This document shows, piece by piece, positions 36,752 to 47,596 of a DNA stretch of 64,000 bases. This DNA comes from Planctomycetota bacterium (lineage in GTDB: Bacteria; Planctomycetota; JAJSAM01; JAJVHW01): positions 448,001 to 512,000 of the forward strand of contig CBDFJG010000002.1 of NCBI GenBank assembly GCA_965248445.1, read 5' to 3'. Positions within the stretch are counted from its first letter, which is position 1. Every line of letters starts with the position of its first letter. The notes under the pieces are model-generated. The model had not been told where the DNA came from. It made no database searches and saw only the letters and a program-made list of their open reading frames with translations. Made by a program: the position numbers and the translations under genes.

Positions 36752-38398
36752 TCACGCCTCCGGATGCAGCTTCCGTTTCAGAACGACGAGCGTCCGGTCG
36801 TCCCGGTCGCCGCCGTTGTTGAACGATGTGACGTCGTCCAGTACGCCCTGGACGATCTCTTCGGCACCGAGGTGCGCCTTCGCCCCGAACGACGCGGCCA
36901 CACGGTCGTCACCGAACTGGTCCTCGGGGCCGCCCTCGCCACGCGCCTCGGACAGTCCGTCGGTGTAGATCAGGACCGCATCGCCCGGTTCGAGCGTGAC
37001 CTCGTGGTCGCGGTACATGCCGTCTTCCGCCACGCCGATGGGCAAGCCGCCCATGCGCAGCGGAACGACGTCCTGGTGTGCCGCTCTGTACAAGAGCGCC
37101 GGGTGGTGGCCGGCGTCCGAGTACTCGACGCGGCCGGTGCCACCGTCCACGTGGGCGAACCACGCGGTGAGGAACAGCTCGGCGCTCGTCAGGTCGTCGA
37201 AGAGTGCTGCGTTCACGTGCGCGAGCACCGCCGCGGGCGACTCCAGATTGAGGAGTGCGGCGCGGAACGTGGCCCGGGCGGCGGTCTGGATGAGCGCCGC
37301 CGCCAGGTGGTGTCCCGAAACGTCGGCCAGCACCAGGTCGAGCGAGCCGTCGGCACGGACGATCGTGTCGTAGTAGTCGCCTCCCACGTTCATCGCGGCA
37401 AGACAACGCCCGGCGACCTCGAGGCCCTCGACGTTCGGCAATTGCGCCGGAAGCAGACTCTCCTGGATGCCGCGCGCGATGCGAAGTTCCCGCTCGAACC
37501 CGATCAGGCGCGAGTTGTGGATCAGCACGGCGGCTTGACTGGCGAGCGCCTGGGTGAGCTTGAGATCCCCCGAGCGGAACGGTTCCCCGACTACGCCGTT
37601 CGCACCGCAACGGTCGCGCAGTTGCAGCGCGCCGAGTGCCGGGCGCTCGTCGTCGCTCTGCGTGTACACCGGAACGGTGATCAGTGTGCTCCCGGCGGCT
37701 CTCTCCCACGCGTCGAGATTCGAGTTCGCGATCTGCTCCGCGTCCTCTAGCAGGACGGCCTCGCAATTCGCGATGACGCGCGCCGCCGCGCCCAGCCCCA
37801 CCACGGGCGCGACCTCCGTGTCCTCGCCGCGGCACGCGACAACGACCAGGTCAGCGTCCTCGCCGTCGCCCTCGCGCAACACGATTCGACCCGATCCGGC
37901 GCGGATCACATGCATGGCCCGAGCCAGCACCGAGGCGCAGATGGCGGTCGGGTCCGGTGCGCCGGCGAGTTCCCCGGCCAGATCGTAGAAGAGGTTGAGC
38001 TCCTCGTACGCGGCCAGGATCTCGCGCGACATGTCGTTCAGCTCGAACTCGCGCGAGCACAGGTCGCGCAGCACGGACGCCGCGCGTTCGGCGACCTCGC
38101 GCGGCGCGCTGCTGTCGCCGTTGTTGGTGACCGCGACGACGTATCCGATCGAGCGGTTGTAGACCTCGACGGTCTCGATCGCCCCCGGCTCGTGGAAGCC
38201 CTCCACGGACACCGTCTCGTCGTCGCCGGTCTCGGTGACCGTCACCGACAGAGTCGTCAAGGTGTCGTCACCGGCCAGCGGCGTTCCGTCCTCGCCGAAC
38301 ACGGCCACACCGCACGCCCGCAGCGCAGCGTGGTCGTTGATCCAGCGCATCGCCTCCGTGCGCTCGAGGATGACTGTGAGTTCGCCGCTGTCACGCAT
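36752..38398 (-). CDS. GAF plus PP2C (SpoIIE/RsbU-like) phosphatase
   Basis: IQESLLP, VGGDYYD, LADVSGH, AGH, YTDGLSEA and DDRT motifs. Confidence 0.92.
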   Translation of the reverse strand: MRDSGELTVILERTEAMRWINDHAALRACGVAVFGEDGTPLAGDDTLTTLSVTVTETGDDETVSVEGFHEPGAIETVEVYNRSIGYVVAVTNNGDSSAPREVAERAASVLRDLCSREFELNDMSREILAAYEELNLFYDLAGELAGAPDPTAICASVLARAMHVIRAGSGRIVLREGDGEDADLVVVACRGEDTEVAPVVGLGAAARVIANCEAVLLEDAEQIANSNLDAWERAAGSTLITVPVYTQSDDERPALGALQLRDRCGANGVVGEPFRSGDLKLTQALASQAAVLIHNSRLIGFERELRIARGIQESLLPAQLPNVEGLEVAGRCLAAMNVGGDYYDTIVRADGSLDLVLADVSGHHLAAALIQTAARATFRAALLNLESPAAVLAHVNAALFDDLTSAELFLTAWFAHVDGGTGRVEYSDAGHHPALLYRAAHQDVVPLRMGGLPIGVAEDGMYRDHEVTLEPGDAVLIYTDGLSEARGEGGPEDQFGDDRVAASFGAKAHLGAEEIVQGVLDDVTSFNNGGDRDDRTLVVLKRKLHPEA

Positions 38399-38846
38399 CG
38401 GCGCTCTCCCGGTCGGGCAGCGCGACGCCGTAGCGCCGCACGAGCGTGAGCACGTTCTCTCCCGCATGGCGCACGAGTGAGACCTCGTGCATCCAGGCGT
38501 GGATCAGGAACGTCCCGTAGCCGCCCTCGCGCAACTCCTCGGGCTCCGGAATGGCGCGGCGGACCAAATCGAACGGCCGGCCGGTGTCGCGCAGGACGAC
38601 GGTCAGCGCGTCGTCGTCCAGCGAGAACTCCACGCCGAAGCGGCACTCGATCTGCCGTTCGCAAGCGTGCCGGATGACGTTCGTGCAGGCCTCTTGCACG
38701 GCCACGGTGATCTCGTCCAGCTCCTGACTCGACAGGCGCACCGAGGGTGAGGCCTGGACGAGGGCGCGGAGCGCTCCACGCACGGCGGCCGCGGAAGCGG
38801 GCGTCGCCGGGAGCTCTAGCCGGAACAGGGGCCCCGCGGCGCTCAC
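38391..38846 (-). CDS. Anti-sigma factor Ser/Thr kinase (RsbW-like)
   Basis: AVQEACTNVIRHA, DTGRPFD, GGYG.FLI...M.EV and N.LTL motifs. Confidence 0.88.
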   Translation of the reverse strand: MSAAGPLFRLELPATPASAAAVRGALRALVQASPSVRLSSQELDEITVAVQEACTNVIRHACERQIECRFGVEFSLDDDALTVVLRDTGRPFDLVRRAIPEPEELREGGYGTFLIHAWMHEVSLVRHAGENVLTLVRRYGVALPDRESADA

Positions 38847-38962
38847 GAGCGGCGTGCCCGCTCGTCGACGCGCACGGGAACCGGGCGCGGACGGGCGGGT
38901 ACGAGGAGCTGCCGCAGCATCTCCTCGAGTCGCTCGAGCAACCGTTCCACCACGCCGGACAT
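38843..38962 (-). CDS. Unannotated 39-aa protein MSGVVERLLERLEEMLRQLLVPARPRPVPVRVDERARRS
   Basis: Translated by hand. ATG lies 5 bp after the activator stop, the TGA overlaps the RsbW GTG, and the ORF fills the gap exactly. Confidence 0.6.
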   Translation of the reverse strand: MSGVVERLLERLEEMLRQLLVPARPRPVPVRVDERARRS

Positions 38963-38967
38963 GACGA

Positions 38968-40382
<1,415 letters not shown>

Positions 40383-40386
40383 GGGG

Positions 40387-40824
40387 CTAGCCGTTCGCCC
40401 CGTTGCCGGAGATCGCAGTTCCTGAGTTCGCAGTTCCTGAGTTCGCGGTGCCGGAGTTCGCGGTGCCGGGGGTCCCAGCGCCGGAGGTCGCGGCTTCGAG
40501 GGCCTCGTTCACCGTCGGGTAGACGTCGAACACTCGGATGAGCCGCGTGATCCGCAGGATCGCCTCGACCGGGCTGGAGATGTCGGCCAGCACGACGGCG
40601 CCGCCGTCCTGGCGCAGGACCTTGTAGGCGGAAATCAGCGCACCGAGCCCCTGGCTATCGACGAAGCCGACGTTGGAGAGGTCGATGACGACGTACCGCG
40701 CGCCCTCAGAGATCACTCCCTTGAGGCGGTCCTTGAAGCGCACCGACGCCTCGCCCTCGAGGTTCATCTTCCGGGCGAACGAGGCGACGAGGCCTTCTCC
40801 GACTCTCCTGACGACCAAGTCCAT
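40387..40824 (-). CDS. STAS anti-sigma-factor antagonist (RsbV-like) with repeat tail
   Basis: VVIDLSNVGFVDSQGLGALI and ILRITRL...F motifs, SD ggagg. Confidence 0.9.
   Translation of the reverse strand: MDLVVRRVGEGLVASFARKMNLEGEASVRFKDRLKGVISEGARYVVIDLSNVGFVDSQGLGALISAYKVLRQDGGAVVLADISSPVEAILRITRLIRVFDVYPTVNEALEAATSGAGTPGTANSGTANSGTANSGTAISGNGANG
40405..40470 (-). repeat. 15-bp coding tandem repeat (GTANS x ~4)
   Basis: gccggagatcgcagt / tcctgagttcgcagt / tcctgagttcgcggt / gccggagttcgcggt. Confidence 0.85.
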
Positions 40825-41020
40825 GGGTCCTCCGGGGCACCCGATCCGTTCGGGGTGCCTCGGTTCCCTATCCGCCTTTCGAGGCTGCGGACTTTAGGGA
40901 TGACTCTCGAATCGAGGCAGATCCCAGCCTGCGAGTGACAGGCCCGGACGACGGCTGGACGCAGCGTGGCAGACGCCGCTCTTGCGCAGGCGCGACCCAG
41001 TGCCCCATGTAGGAGCTCGC

Positions 41021-42130
41021 CTAGAGAAGAGTGTCGAGAGGCGTGTACTCGAGGTCGAACGCCTGGGCCACGGCTTCGTAGGTCACCTTGCCGCGGACGA
41101 CGTTGGCGCCCGTGCGGATGCCGTGGTTCGAAGCAACTGCCTTCTGCCATCCGTCCCGGGCCAGGATGCGCGCGTAGGGCAGCGTGACGTTGGTCAGGCC
41201 GTACGTCGACGTGCGCCCCACCGCGCCCGGCATGTTCGCGACGCTGTAGTGCACGATCCCGTCGACGATGTACGTCGGTTCGCTATGAGTCGTCGGCTTC
41301 GTCGTCTCGACACAACCACCCTGGTCGACCGCGACGTCCACGATGACCGCGCCCTCGTTCATCATGCCGAGGTCGGTCCGCTTCACCAGTGCCGGCGCCT
41401 TCGCGCCGGGGATCAGCACCGCGCCCACCACGAGGTCCGCGTAGCGGAGCACCTTCTTGATGTTGTATGCGTTGCTGAAGAGCGTCGTCACGTTCGCTGG
41501 CATCACGTCGTCGAGGTAGCGCAGGCGGTCGAGATCGAGGTCCATCACGATCACGTTCGCGCCCATGCCCGCGGCCATCTTCGTGGCGTTGCTCCCGACG
41601 ACTCCCCCGCCGATGACCATGACCATCGCGGGTTCGACTCCCGGAATCCCGCCGAGCAGGATGCCGCGACCCATCTGCGGCTTCTCGAGGTACTTGGCGC
41701 CCTGCTGAATCGACATGCGCCCCGCCACCTCACTCATGGGAGTGAGAAGCGGCAGCGTGCGTCCGTGCTCGACCGTCTCGTACGCAACGCAGACTGAGCC
41801 GGAGTCGATCATGCCGTCGGTCAGCTTCCGGCTGGCCGCGAAGTGGAAGTACGTGAACACGATCTGGTCTTCCCGGATCAGGCCGTACTCCTCGGGGAGC
41901 GGCTCCTTCACCTTCATGATCATGTCGGCGCGCGCGAACACCTCGGAGTGCGTCTCGACGATCTCCGCTCCGGCGTCCGTGAACTCCTTGTCCTGGATGC
42001 CGGAACCGACGCCGCCATTGCGCTCTACCACGACGGAGTGACCGTCGCGCACGAGCGCGTCGACGCCCGCCGGCACGATCGCGATCCGGTTCTCGTTGTC
42101 CTTGATCTCGCGCGGGACCCCAACCAGCAT
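41021..42130 (-). CDS. ald: Alanine dehydrogenase
   Basis: VGVPREIK..ENR, KVKEP, LLTPMSEVAGR, GGGVVG, DVAVDQGG and ANMPGAV motifs. Confidence 0.96.
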   Translation of the reverse strand: MLVGVPREIKDNENRIAIVPAGVDALVRDGHSVVVERNGGVGSGIQDKEFTDAGAEIVETHSEVFARADMIMKVKEPLPEEYGLIREDQIVFTYFHFAASRKLTDGMIDSGSVCVAYETVEHGRTLPLLTPMSEVAGRMSIQQGAKYLEKPQMGRGILLGGIPGVEPAMVMVIGGGVVGSNATKMAAGMGANVIVMDLDLDRLRYLDDVMPANVTTLFSNAYNIKKVLRYADLVVGAVLIPGAKAPALVKRTDLGMMNEGAVIVDVAVDQGGCVETTKPTTHSEPTYIVDGIVHYSVANMPGAVGRTSTYGLTNVTLPYARILARDGWQKAVASNHGIRTGANVVRGKVTYEAVAQAFDLEYTPLDTLL

Positions 42131-42290
42131 CGCCGGATCTCCTTCCGCATTCATTCCCGTAGAAGGGCGCGGCAGGACGCCGCAGCCGTCAAGCGGCGCA
42201 TCGTAGGCCGCGCGCGGTCAGGCGCGGAAGGTCTGCACGGCGGCAGGGGCCCGCGCGTGACTGGCCTTCACCGGTCGCTGCCGCCCGCGT

Positions 42291-43007
42291 CTACTGGTCG
42301 CGGCCGCCCTGTCCGCCCTGGCGGCGGCGGCTGCGGCCGCCGGCCTCCTGCGCTCTGCGGCGCGGATTCAGCCGGGACTCGATGGTGGACATCTCCTCCG
42401 TCGTGAGGACGGTCGCCAGCGCCGTTCGGTACTCCTCCTGGAGTTCCGCCTCGATGGCGAGCTTCGCCTCGCGGTCGTCCACGTTGATCTCATCCCGCCG
42501 CTCGTAGCGGCGACGCACGTAGTCGAGCGTCACCGCGGTCAGTTGCGCCACGCGGCCGTCGTCGAGCTCGAGGTCCCGCACGAGGCGCTTCACGCGGCGT
42601 CCCGAGTCCCGCTCCATCCGCTCCACCCGGCGGCGCTCGTCGCGCGCGTCGAGCACGGCGGTGACCGCCTCCTGGAAGTCGGTTCCCGCGTATCCGGCGG
42701 GCAGCTCGACCGCCGTCCCGTCCGTGGCCCGCGACGCAGCTTCCGGTGCGTCTGCGGCGCGGCTCTCGAGTGCCTTCAGACGTCCCTCGAGGTCGTCCAC
42801 GCGCGGATCCACACGCGACGCGGCGGCGCGGGTCGCCGACCGCTCTGCCGTGCGCGTGACCGCCGAGGACTTCTCCGGAGACTTCTCCGCGGACTCGAGG
42901 CGGTCCTCCAGCTCCACGATCCGGTCCTGCAGTCCGGCGTTCATGACGACCAGTCCGCCGGCGGCGCACAGGGAGATGAGGGAGACGGCGAGGGCGAGCT
43001 TGGTCAT
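42291..43007 (-). CDS. Membrane-anchored coiled-coil hypothetical protein
   Basis: SD ggagg, N-terminal hydrophobic anchor, heptad-rich segments, Spy/CpxP-like helical C-terminus. Confidence 0.7.
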   Translation of the reverse strand: MTKLALAVSLISLCAAGGLVVMNAGLQDRIVELEDRLESAEKSPEKSSAVTRTAERSATRAAASRVDPRVDDLEGRLKALESRAADAPEAASRATDGTAVELPAGYAGTDFQEAVTAVLDARDERRRVERMERDSGRRVKRLVRDLELDDGRVAQLTAVTLDYVRRRYERRDEINVDDREAKLAIEAELQEEYRTALATVLTTEEMSTIESRLNPRRRAQEAGGRSRRRQGGQGGRDQ

Positions 43008-43124
43008 GGGGACCTCCGGTCGGGAGTCTGGGGAGTGCGCCGAGGATACCAACCCGCGGGGTCCGGCCGGGTTCCGCAGCGGGCGAGGGAGGGCTCGCCG
43101 AGGCCCCTCCACGGAACAGAGGTG

Positions 43125-43201
43125 TGGTGGGCGATACTGGACTCGAACCAGTGACCCCCTGCGTGTCGAGCAGGTGCTCTAGCCAACTGAGCTAATCGCC
43201 C
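43125..43201 (-). tRNA. tRNA-Val (GAC)
   Basis: Reverse complement GGGCGATTAGCTCAGTTGGCTAGAGC ACCTGCTCGACACGCAGG...GGTTCGAGTCCAGTATCGCCCACCA, 77 nt. Confidence 0.96.
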
Positions 43202-43216
43202 TCGTGAGGGCCGCAG

Positions 43217-43244
43217 AGTCTACGAAGAGCGCGGCCAGCCGCAA
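43217..43244 (-). promoter_or_regulatory. Possible sigma70 promoter of tRNA-Val
   Basis: TTGCGG, 16 bp, TAGACT, just upstream of the tRNA 5' end. Confidence 0.4.
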
Positions 43245-43696
43245 ACCATCCCGACCCGGGCAACCGGTGCCCCCCGGCGTGTCGTGACTTCCCGCGGACC
43301 GGCATAGCAGTTCCCCCATCGCGTAGGCTCGGCCGACGGCCGCCCGGGTCAGGAGAGCGGCCTCGCTCGGCTTGCGTCGGCGACAAGGACGATGCTCGAC
43401 GAGGAGTCGATCGACAACTCCGCCGGCATCGCGGCACGCACGCCGTAGTCCACGACGCGCACCCCGACAACAGGAACGTCCGTGTCCGGTGCACCCGTGC
43501 GAGTCCGGGCCGTGCGGATCTCGGCGTCGCGGAGCGCTGCCGCACCCTGCTCCACCACGCGCTTCGGCTGCGGGATCTCGCCGCGCCTCTCTGCACCGCC
43601 TGTCGGACCGGATCTTCAGTCACGGCCGCACTCCATCACTCAACACGGACATATGTCCGTTGACCGGGAGCGCGTTCCGCCCTGCTACCTGCCGCC

Positions 43697-43747
43697 GTGA
43701 TCCGCGAGACCCTTGGCCCGTACCGCATCGACCGCGAGCTTGGCTCG
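43697..43747 (+). pseudogene. N-terminal stub of a Ser/Thr protein kinase
   Basis: MIRETLGPYRIDRELGS resembles Hanks-type kinase starts (LGPY.I..ELG.GGMG) and breaks off before GGMG. Confidence 0.5.
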
Positions 43748-43933
43748 TGCACGCGCATCTCTTGGAGACACCGGGCTGTGCCGAGGAGCGAGAGCCGTCG
43801 CGGCCACCGGCCCGCCACCCGCCCTCCCCCCCCCCTGCTCCACCGGCGCCCTCAAGCGCGAGGCGCCTCGGTGCCGACCTGAGAACGGGAGCCCTTCGCC
43901 CGGATGGGGGCGCCGCACTCCCAGGAGGCTGAG

Positions 43934-44782
43934 ATGCTGACTCGACTGACACGCACGCTGCTGACTCTCATGATCCTGATGGTCTTCGCGCCAGCCACGA
44001 CCGTGGCTCAGGAACTCCCGTTCCCCTTCACGATCGAGGGCAACTGGTGGTGCTCGATGGGCAACAAGGGCGTCATGCGCCTGGACTTCGGTTCGATCTT
44101 CGGGGGCGAGTTCCCGGTCTCGGGCGTCGGCATCTCCAGCCAGTTCGAGGAGACCTTCCAGATCACGGAGACCTCGGGCCAGGTCATGAACTTCGAGCCG
44201 ACCAAGAACCTGGTCGGGACGTTCGATCTCCGGGACGCGAACGACACGGCCGACATCGGAACGCTCGAGATCACCCGCGGCAGGCTCAACAGCTTCAAGA
44301 CGAAGATGCGCTTGAAGGGCAAGCTCCAGCTCAACGGTGAGACGGAGCGCAAGGTCACGCTGAAGTGCGAGCGGATACCGGAAACGACCCCGGACTGGGA
44401 AGGGCGCACGACGGACGGCCGCGTCCGCGGCCAGCGCGTGAAGAGCGACAAGTACGACTTCCAGCTCACCAAGCACTCGACGCTCGGCTTCCCGTTCTTC
44501 CAGCTGATCTCGTTCGGCCCCTCGACGGTCGACGGCGACCAGATGTTCGTTCAGATCACCGGGATCGTGGGCGCGCAGTCCAACGGGCGCGCGTTCGCCG
44601 ACCTCATGTCGTCGGACGGCGGGCCGCAGTTCGTCGCGTTCGGCGAGGGCTTCGGCAAGGGCAAATTCAGGAGCCCCCCCACCGGCTTCCTCAACCGCCC
44701 GTCCATCCAGCTGAAGAACCGCTTCGAGCAGCGCAAGCGCGTCAACTACCAGGGCGTGCTCCTCGAGATCGTCGGCAACTAG
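43934..44782 (+). CDS. Exported beta-rich hypothetical protein
   Basis: SD aggagg, signal peptide (...TTVA-QE), strong codon bias. Confidence 0.8.
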   Translation: MLTRLTRTLLTLMILMVFAPATTVAQELPFPFTIEGNWWCSMGNKGVMRLDFGSIFGGEFPVSGVGISSQFEETFQITETSGQVMNFEPTKNLVGTFDLRDANDTADIGTLEITRGRLNSFKTKMRLKGKLQLNGETERKVTLKCERIPETTPDWEGRTTDGRVRGQRVKSDKYDFQLTKHSTLGFPFFQLISFGPSTVDGDQMFVQITGIVGAQSNGRAFADLMSSDGGPQFVAFGEGFGKGKFRSPPTGFLNRPSIQLKNRFEQRKRVNYQGVLLEIVGN

Positions 44783-44804
44783 CCCACACCACACTCATCG
44801 AGAC

Positions 44805-44838
44805 CGAAGCGGCCGGGTGGCAACGCCCGGTCGCTTCG
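44805..44838. terminator. Hairpin after the 43934-44782 gene
   Basis: Stem cgaagcggccggg / cccggtcgcttcg, with no clear U-tract. Confidence 0.4.
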
Positions 44839-44884
44839 ATTCTGGCGGCCGCTTCGATCTTGGCCGCCGCTTCGATTCTGGCGG
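44832..44884. repeat. 18-bp tandem repeat x3
   Basis: cgcttcgattctggcggc / cgcttcgatcttggccgc / cgcttcgattctggcgg. Confidence 0.85.
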
Positions 44885-44909
44885 AGGTGCGGGCAGGTAT
44901 CGTCGGTGC

Positions 44910-46445
44910 ATGCGACTCGCCGCCCTCGCGCTCCTGGCTCTCGCCGCGCCCTCTGCCATGGCGCAAGACGCGCTGGTGGTCGCGCCGGAGGAGTTCCACG
45001 AGGCGCTCAACGATTGGACCGCCCACCGGACGTCTCAGGGCTACGCAGTCTCCGTCGTGCCGCCCGGGGAGAACGTCGCTGCGACTGTCCGCACAGCGCA
45101 CGCGGCGAGCAAGGGCGCGCTGCGCTTCGTGGTGCTCGTCGGTGACGCGGACTACGTCCCGCCGGTCATGCGCCCCACCGACGCGATCAAGCAGTGGGAG
45201 CGCGAGCCGGAACTCGCGACCGACGCGCCCCTCGCAGACATCGACGGCGACGACGTGCCGGATCTCGCGATCGGACGCATCCCGGCCGACAGTGCAGACG
45301 AGGCGCGGATGCTGCTCGCGCGCTCCATCGCGTATGAGAACGACACCGATCACGGTACGTGGCGCCGACGGCTGAACGTGTTCGCGGGAACCGGCGGGTT
45401 CGGCGCGGCCGAGGACCTGGCGCTCGAGTTGCTGATGCGGCTCTTCATGAATCGCGACGTGCCCCCCGGCGTCGACCTGAACTTCACGTACGCGAAGGAG
45501 AACTCGGCGTTCTGCCCGCCGCCAGAACGCCTGCCGGAGGTATTCGCGGAGAGGCTCTCGGAGGGTTCGCTCGTTACGGCGTACGTCGGCCACGGCGCAG
45601 CGCGGAGTCTCGACCGGTTGCGGATCGGTGACACGCGCTTCCCCATCCTCGACACACGACACCTCGAACGGGTCGCCGTGCGCCGGGGCAGCCCGCTCGT
45701 GATCTTCGTGGCCTGTTCGACCGGGTTCTTCGACGGCGAGAAGGATTGCCTGGCGGAGGAGATCCTGCGCCGCCCCGCCGGGCCGGTGGCGATCATCGCG
45801 TCCTCACGCGTCTCCACTCCCTATGGCAACGGCATCCTCGGCACCGAGATGGTCCGCTGCCTGTTCGGAGACGCCATCGACGAAGCCCCCACCACGGGCG
45901 AACTGCTCCTGGCCGTCAAGCGGCGACTGGTCAACGACCCTGGTGAGGATCTGGCACGCAGACAGCTCGAGATGATGGCGAAGTCGTTCTATGAGGAGTC
46001 GCCTTCGCGACGCGCCGTCGACCGCAAGGAGCACGTGCTGCTCTACAACCTCCTCGGCGACCCGATGCTGCGTCTCGCGCGGCCGGCCGCCGCGACGTGC
46101 AGCCCGCCACGCGCCGGAATACTCGGCGCCGACATCGCGGTGGCGTGTTCCTCGCCGATCACGGGCAAGGCGCTCGTCGAGATCCTGCCGCGGCGGGACC
46201 GCAACGGTCAGCCGCGCGCCGCGGGCCGAACGAGCGAGCAGCGCGCGAAGGACTACTCCGCGGCGAACGTCGAAGTCGTCGCCCGCGCGGAGGTCGATGT
46301 CGCGAAGGCGAACAGCCCGTTCGTGGTGCAGGTCGCCGTTCCCGCGGATCTGCGTCCGGACCGCTATCTGGTCCGCCTGTACATCGAGGGCGAGAACGGC
46401 AGCGCACTCGCCGGAGGCATCGTCCGCCTCAAGGCCGCGCGCTAG
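44910..46445 (+). CDS. Peptidase C25 (gingipain-like) family protein
   Basis: Signal peptide, [27 protein letters not shown] (His), FVACSTG (Cys), CLAE and YNLLGDP. Confidence 0.85.
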   Translation: MRLAALALLALAAPSAMAQDALVVAPEEFHEALNDWTAHRTSQGYAVSVVPPGENVAATVRTAHAASKGALRFVVLVGDADYVPPVMRPTDAIKQWEREPELATDAPLADIDGDDVPDLAIGRIPADSADEARMLLARSIAYENDTDHGTWRRRLNVFAGTGGFGAAEDLALELLMRLFMNRDVPPGVDLNFTYAKENSAFCPPPERLPEVFAERLSEGSLVTAYVGHGAARSLDRLRIGDTRFPILDTRHLERVAVRRGSPLVIFVACSTGFFDGEKDCLAEEILRRPAGPVAIIASSRVSTPYGNGILGTEMVRCLFGDAIDEAPTTGELLLAVKRRLVNDPGEDLARRQLEMMAKSFYEESPSRRAVDRKEHVLLYNLLGDPMLRLARPAAATCSPPRAGILGADIAVACSSPITGKALVEILPRRDRNGQPRAAGRTSEQRAKDYSAANVEVVARAEVDVAKANSPFVVQVAVPADLRPDRYLVRLYIEGENGSALAGGIVRLKAAR

Positions 46446-46858
46446 TTCGAGAACAGCCGCTCGTCCGGGATCGACTTGAATTCCAGCGCATTGCCGGACG
46501 GGTCGCGCATGAAGAACGTCGCCTGCTCCCCCACCTCGCCCGCGAAACGGACACGCGGCTCGATCAGAAAGGTCATCCCGGCCCCGCGGGCCCGGTCCAC
46601 GAGCGCATCCCACGACGCGCGGTCGAGGACCAGCCCGAAGTGGCGGATGGGAACGTCGTCGCCGTCGACCTGATTCGATGCAGCGACCCCCGGCTGCGCG
46701 TCATCCACCAGATGGGCGGACAGCTGGTGTCCGGACATCTCGAAGTCGACCCACCGCGCGGCGCTGCGGCCCTCCCGGCAGCCGAGCACGCCGGAGTAGA
46801 AGCGGCGTGCCGCGTCGAGATCGTGCACGGGGAATGCGAGATGGAACGGCGGGCGCAC
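46442..46858 (-). CDS. VOC/glyoxalase family protein
   Basis: [33 protein letters not shown] and [15 protein letters not shown] motifs. Confidence 0.9.
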   Translation of the reverse strand: MRPPFHLAFPVHDLDAARRFYSGVLGCREGRSAARWVDFEMSGHQLSAHLVDDAQPGVAASNQVDGDDVPIRHFGLVLDRASWDALVDRARGAGMTFLIEPRVRFAGEVGEQATFFMRDPSGNALEFKSIPDERLFSN

Positions 46859-46877
46859 GATCGACGATGATACGGGC

Positions 46878-47360
46878 GTGAGCGATCCGGAGACCCGCGT
46901 GTTCGAGAGTCTGGATGCGCTCGGCGTGGAGTACGAGCGCATCGCCTGCGACCCGGCGCTGGCCGACACCGCGGCGTTCTGCGCCCACTACGGCTACCGG
47001 CTCGAAGAAGCCGCCAACACGATCCTCGTCGCGTCGAAGAAGGAGCCGCGCACGTTCGCGCTGTGCGTCGTGCTCGCGACGACCCAGCTGGACGTCAACC
47101 GAGCCGTTCGCGACGAGCTGGGCGCGGGACGCCTCTCCTTCGCCTCCGCGGACGACATGCGGTCGGTCACGGGCATGGAACTCGGCGGCGTGGCCCCATT
47201 CGCGCTCCCACCGGACCTCACTCTGCTGGTGGACGAGGCTGTGCTCGCGTGCGACCGGGTGGTCATGGGCACCGGCGGGCGAACGTCGAAGATCCTCGTC
47301 CCCCCGGCCGTCCTGTTGCGCCTGCCGCAGTCGCGCAGCGCCCGAATCGTGCGTTCGTAG
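46878..47360 (+). CDS. YbaK/EbsC aminoacyl-tRNA deacylase-like protein
   Basis: [29 protein letters not shown] and G.GGRTSKI motifs. Confidence 0.85.
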   Translation: MSDPETRVFESLDALGVEYERIACDPALADTAAFCAHYGYRLEEAANTILVASKKEPRTFALCVVLATTQLDVNRAVRDELGAGRLSFASADDMRSVTGMELGGVAPFALPPDLTLLVDEAVLACDRVVMGTGGRTSKILVPPAVLLRLPQSRSARIVRS

Positions 47361-47596
47361 GACACGCACCGCGGGACCGCGCACCGTGTCGCAGGACCGC
47401 CCCCAGCGTTCATCCCACGCGACGCCCCTCCCGCTGGCGGCATCTCCGGGCAGAGCACGTCGACGGCGCAACTCATTTTTCAACAAGAGCTTACGTCATC
47501 GATAACGCTCGCCCTCTCGAGCGGAACGGCCCTTGCGCCCTGTAAGACGACGGGCCGTTCCCACGGAGGGAGCGCGCCGTGAGACCGGAGGGAACC

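Noticed and set aside
40830..41015. Possible sigma54 promoter or c-di-GMP riboswitch upstream of the STAS gene
   Set aside because: The -24/-12 match is poor, and the hairpins lack the conserved riboswitch nucleotides.
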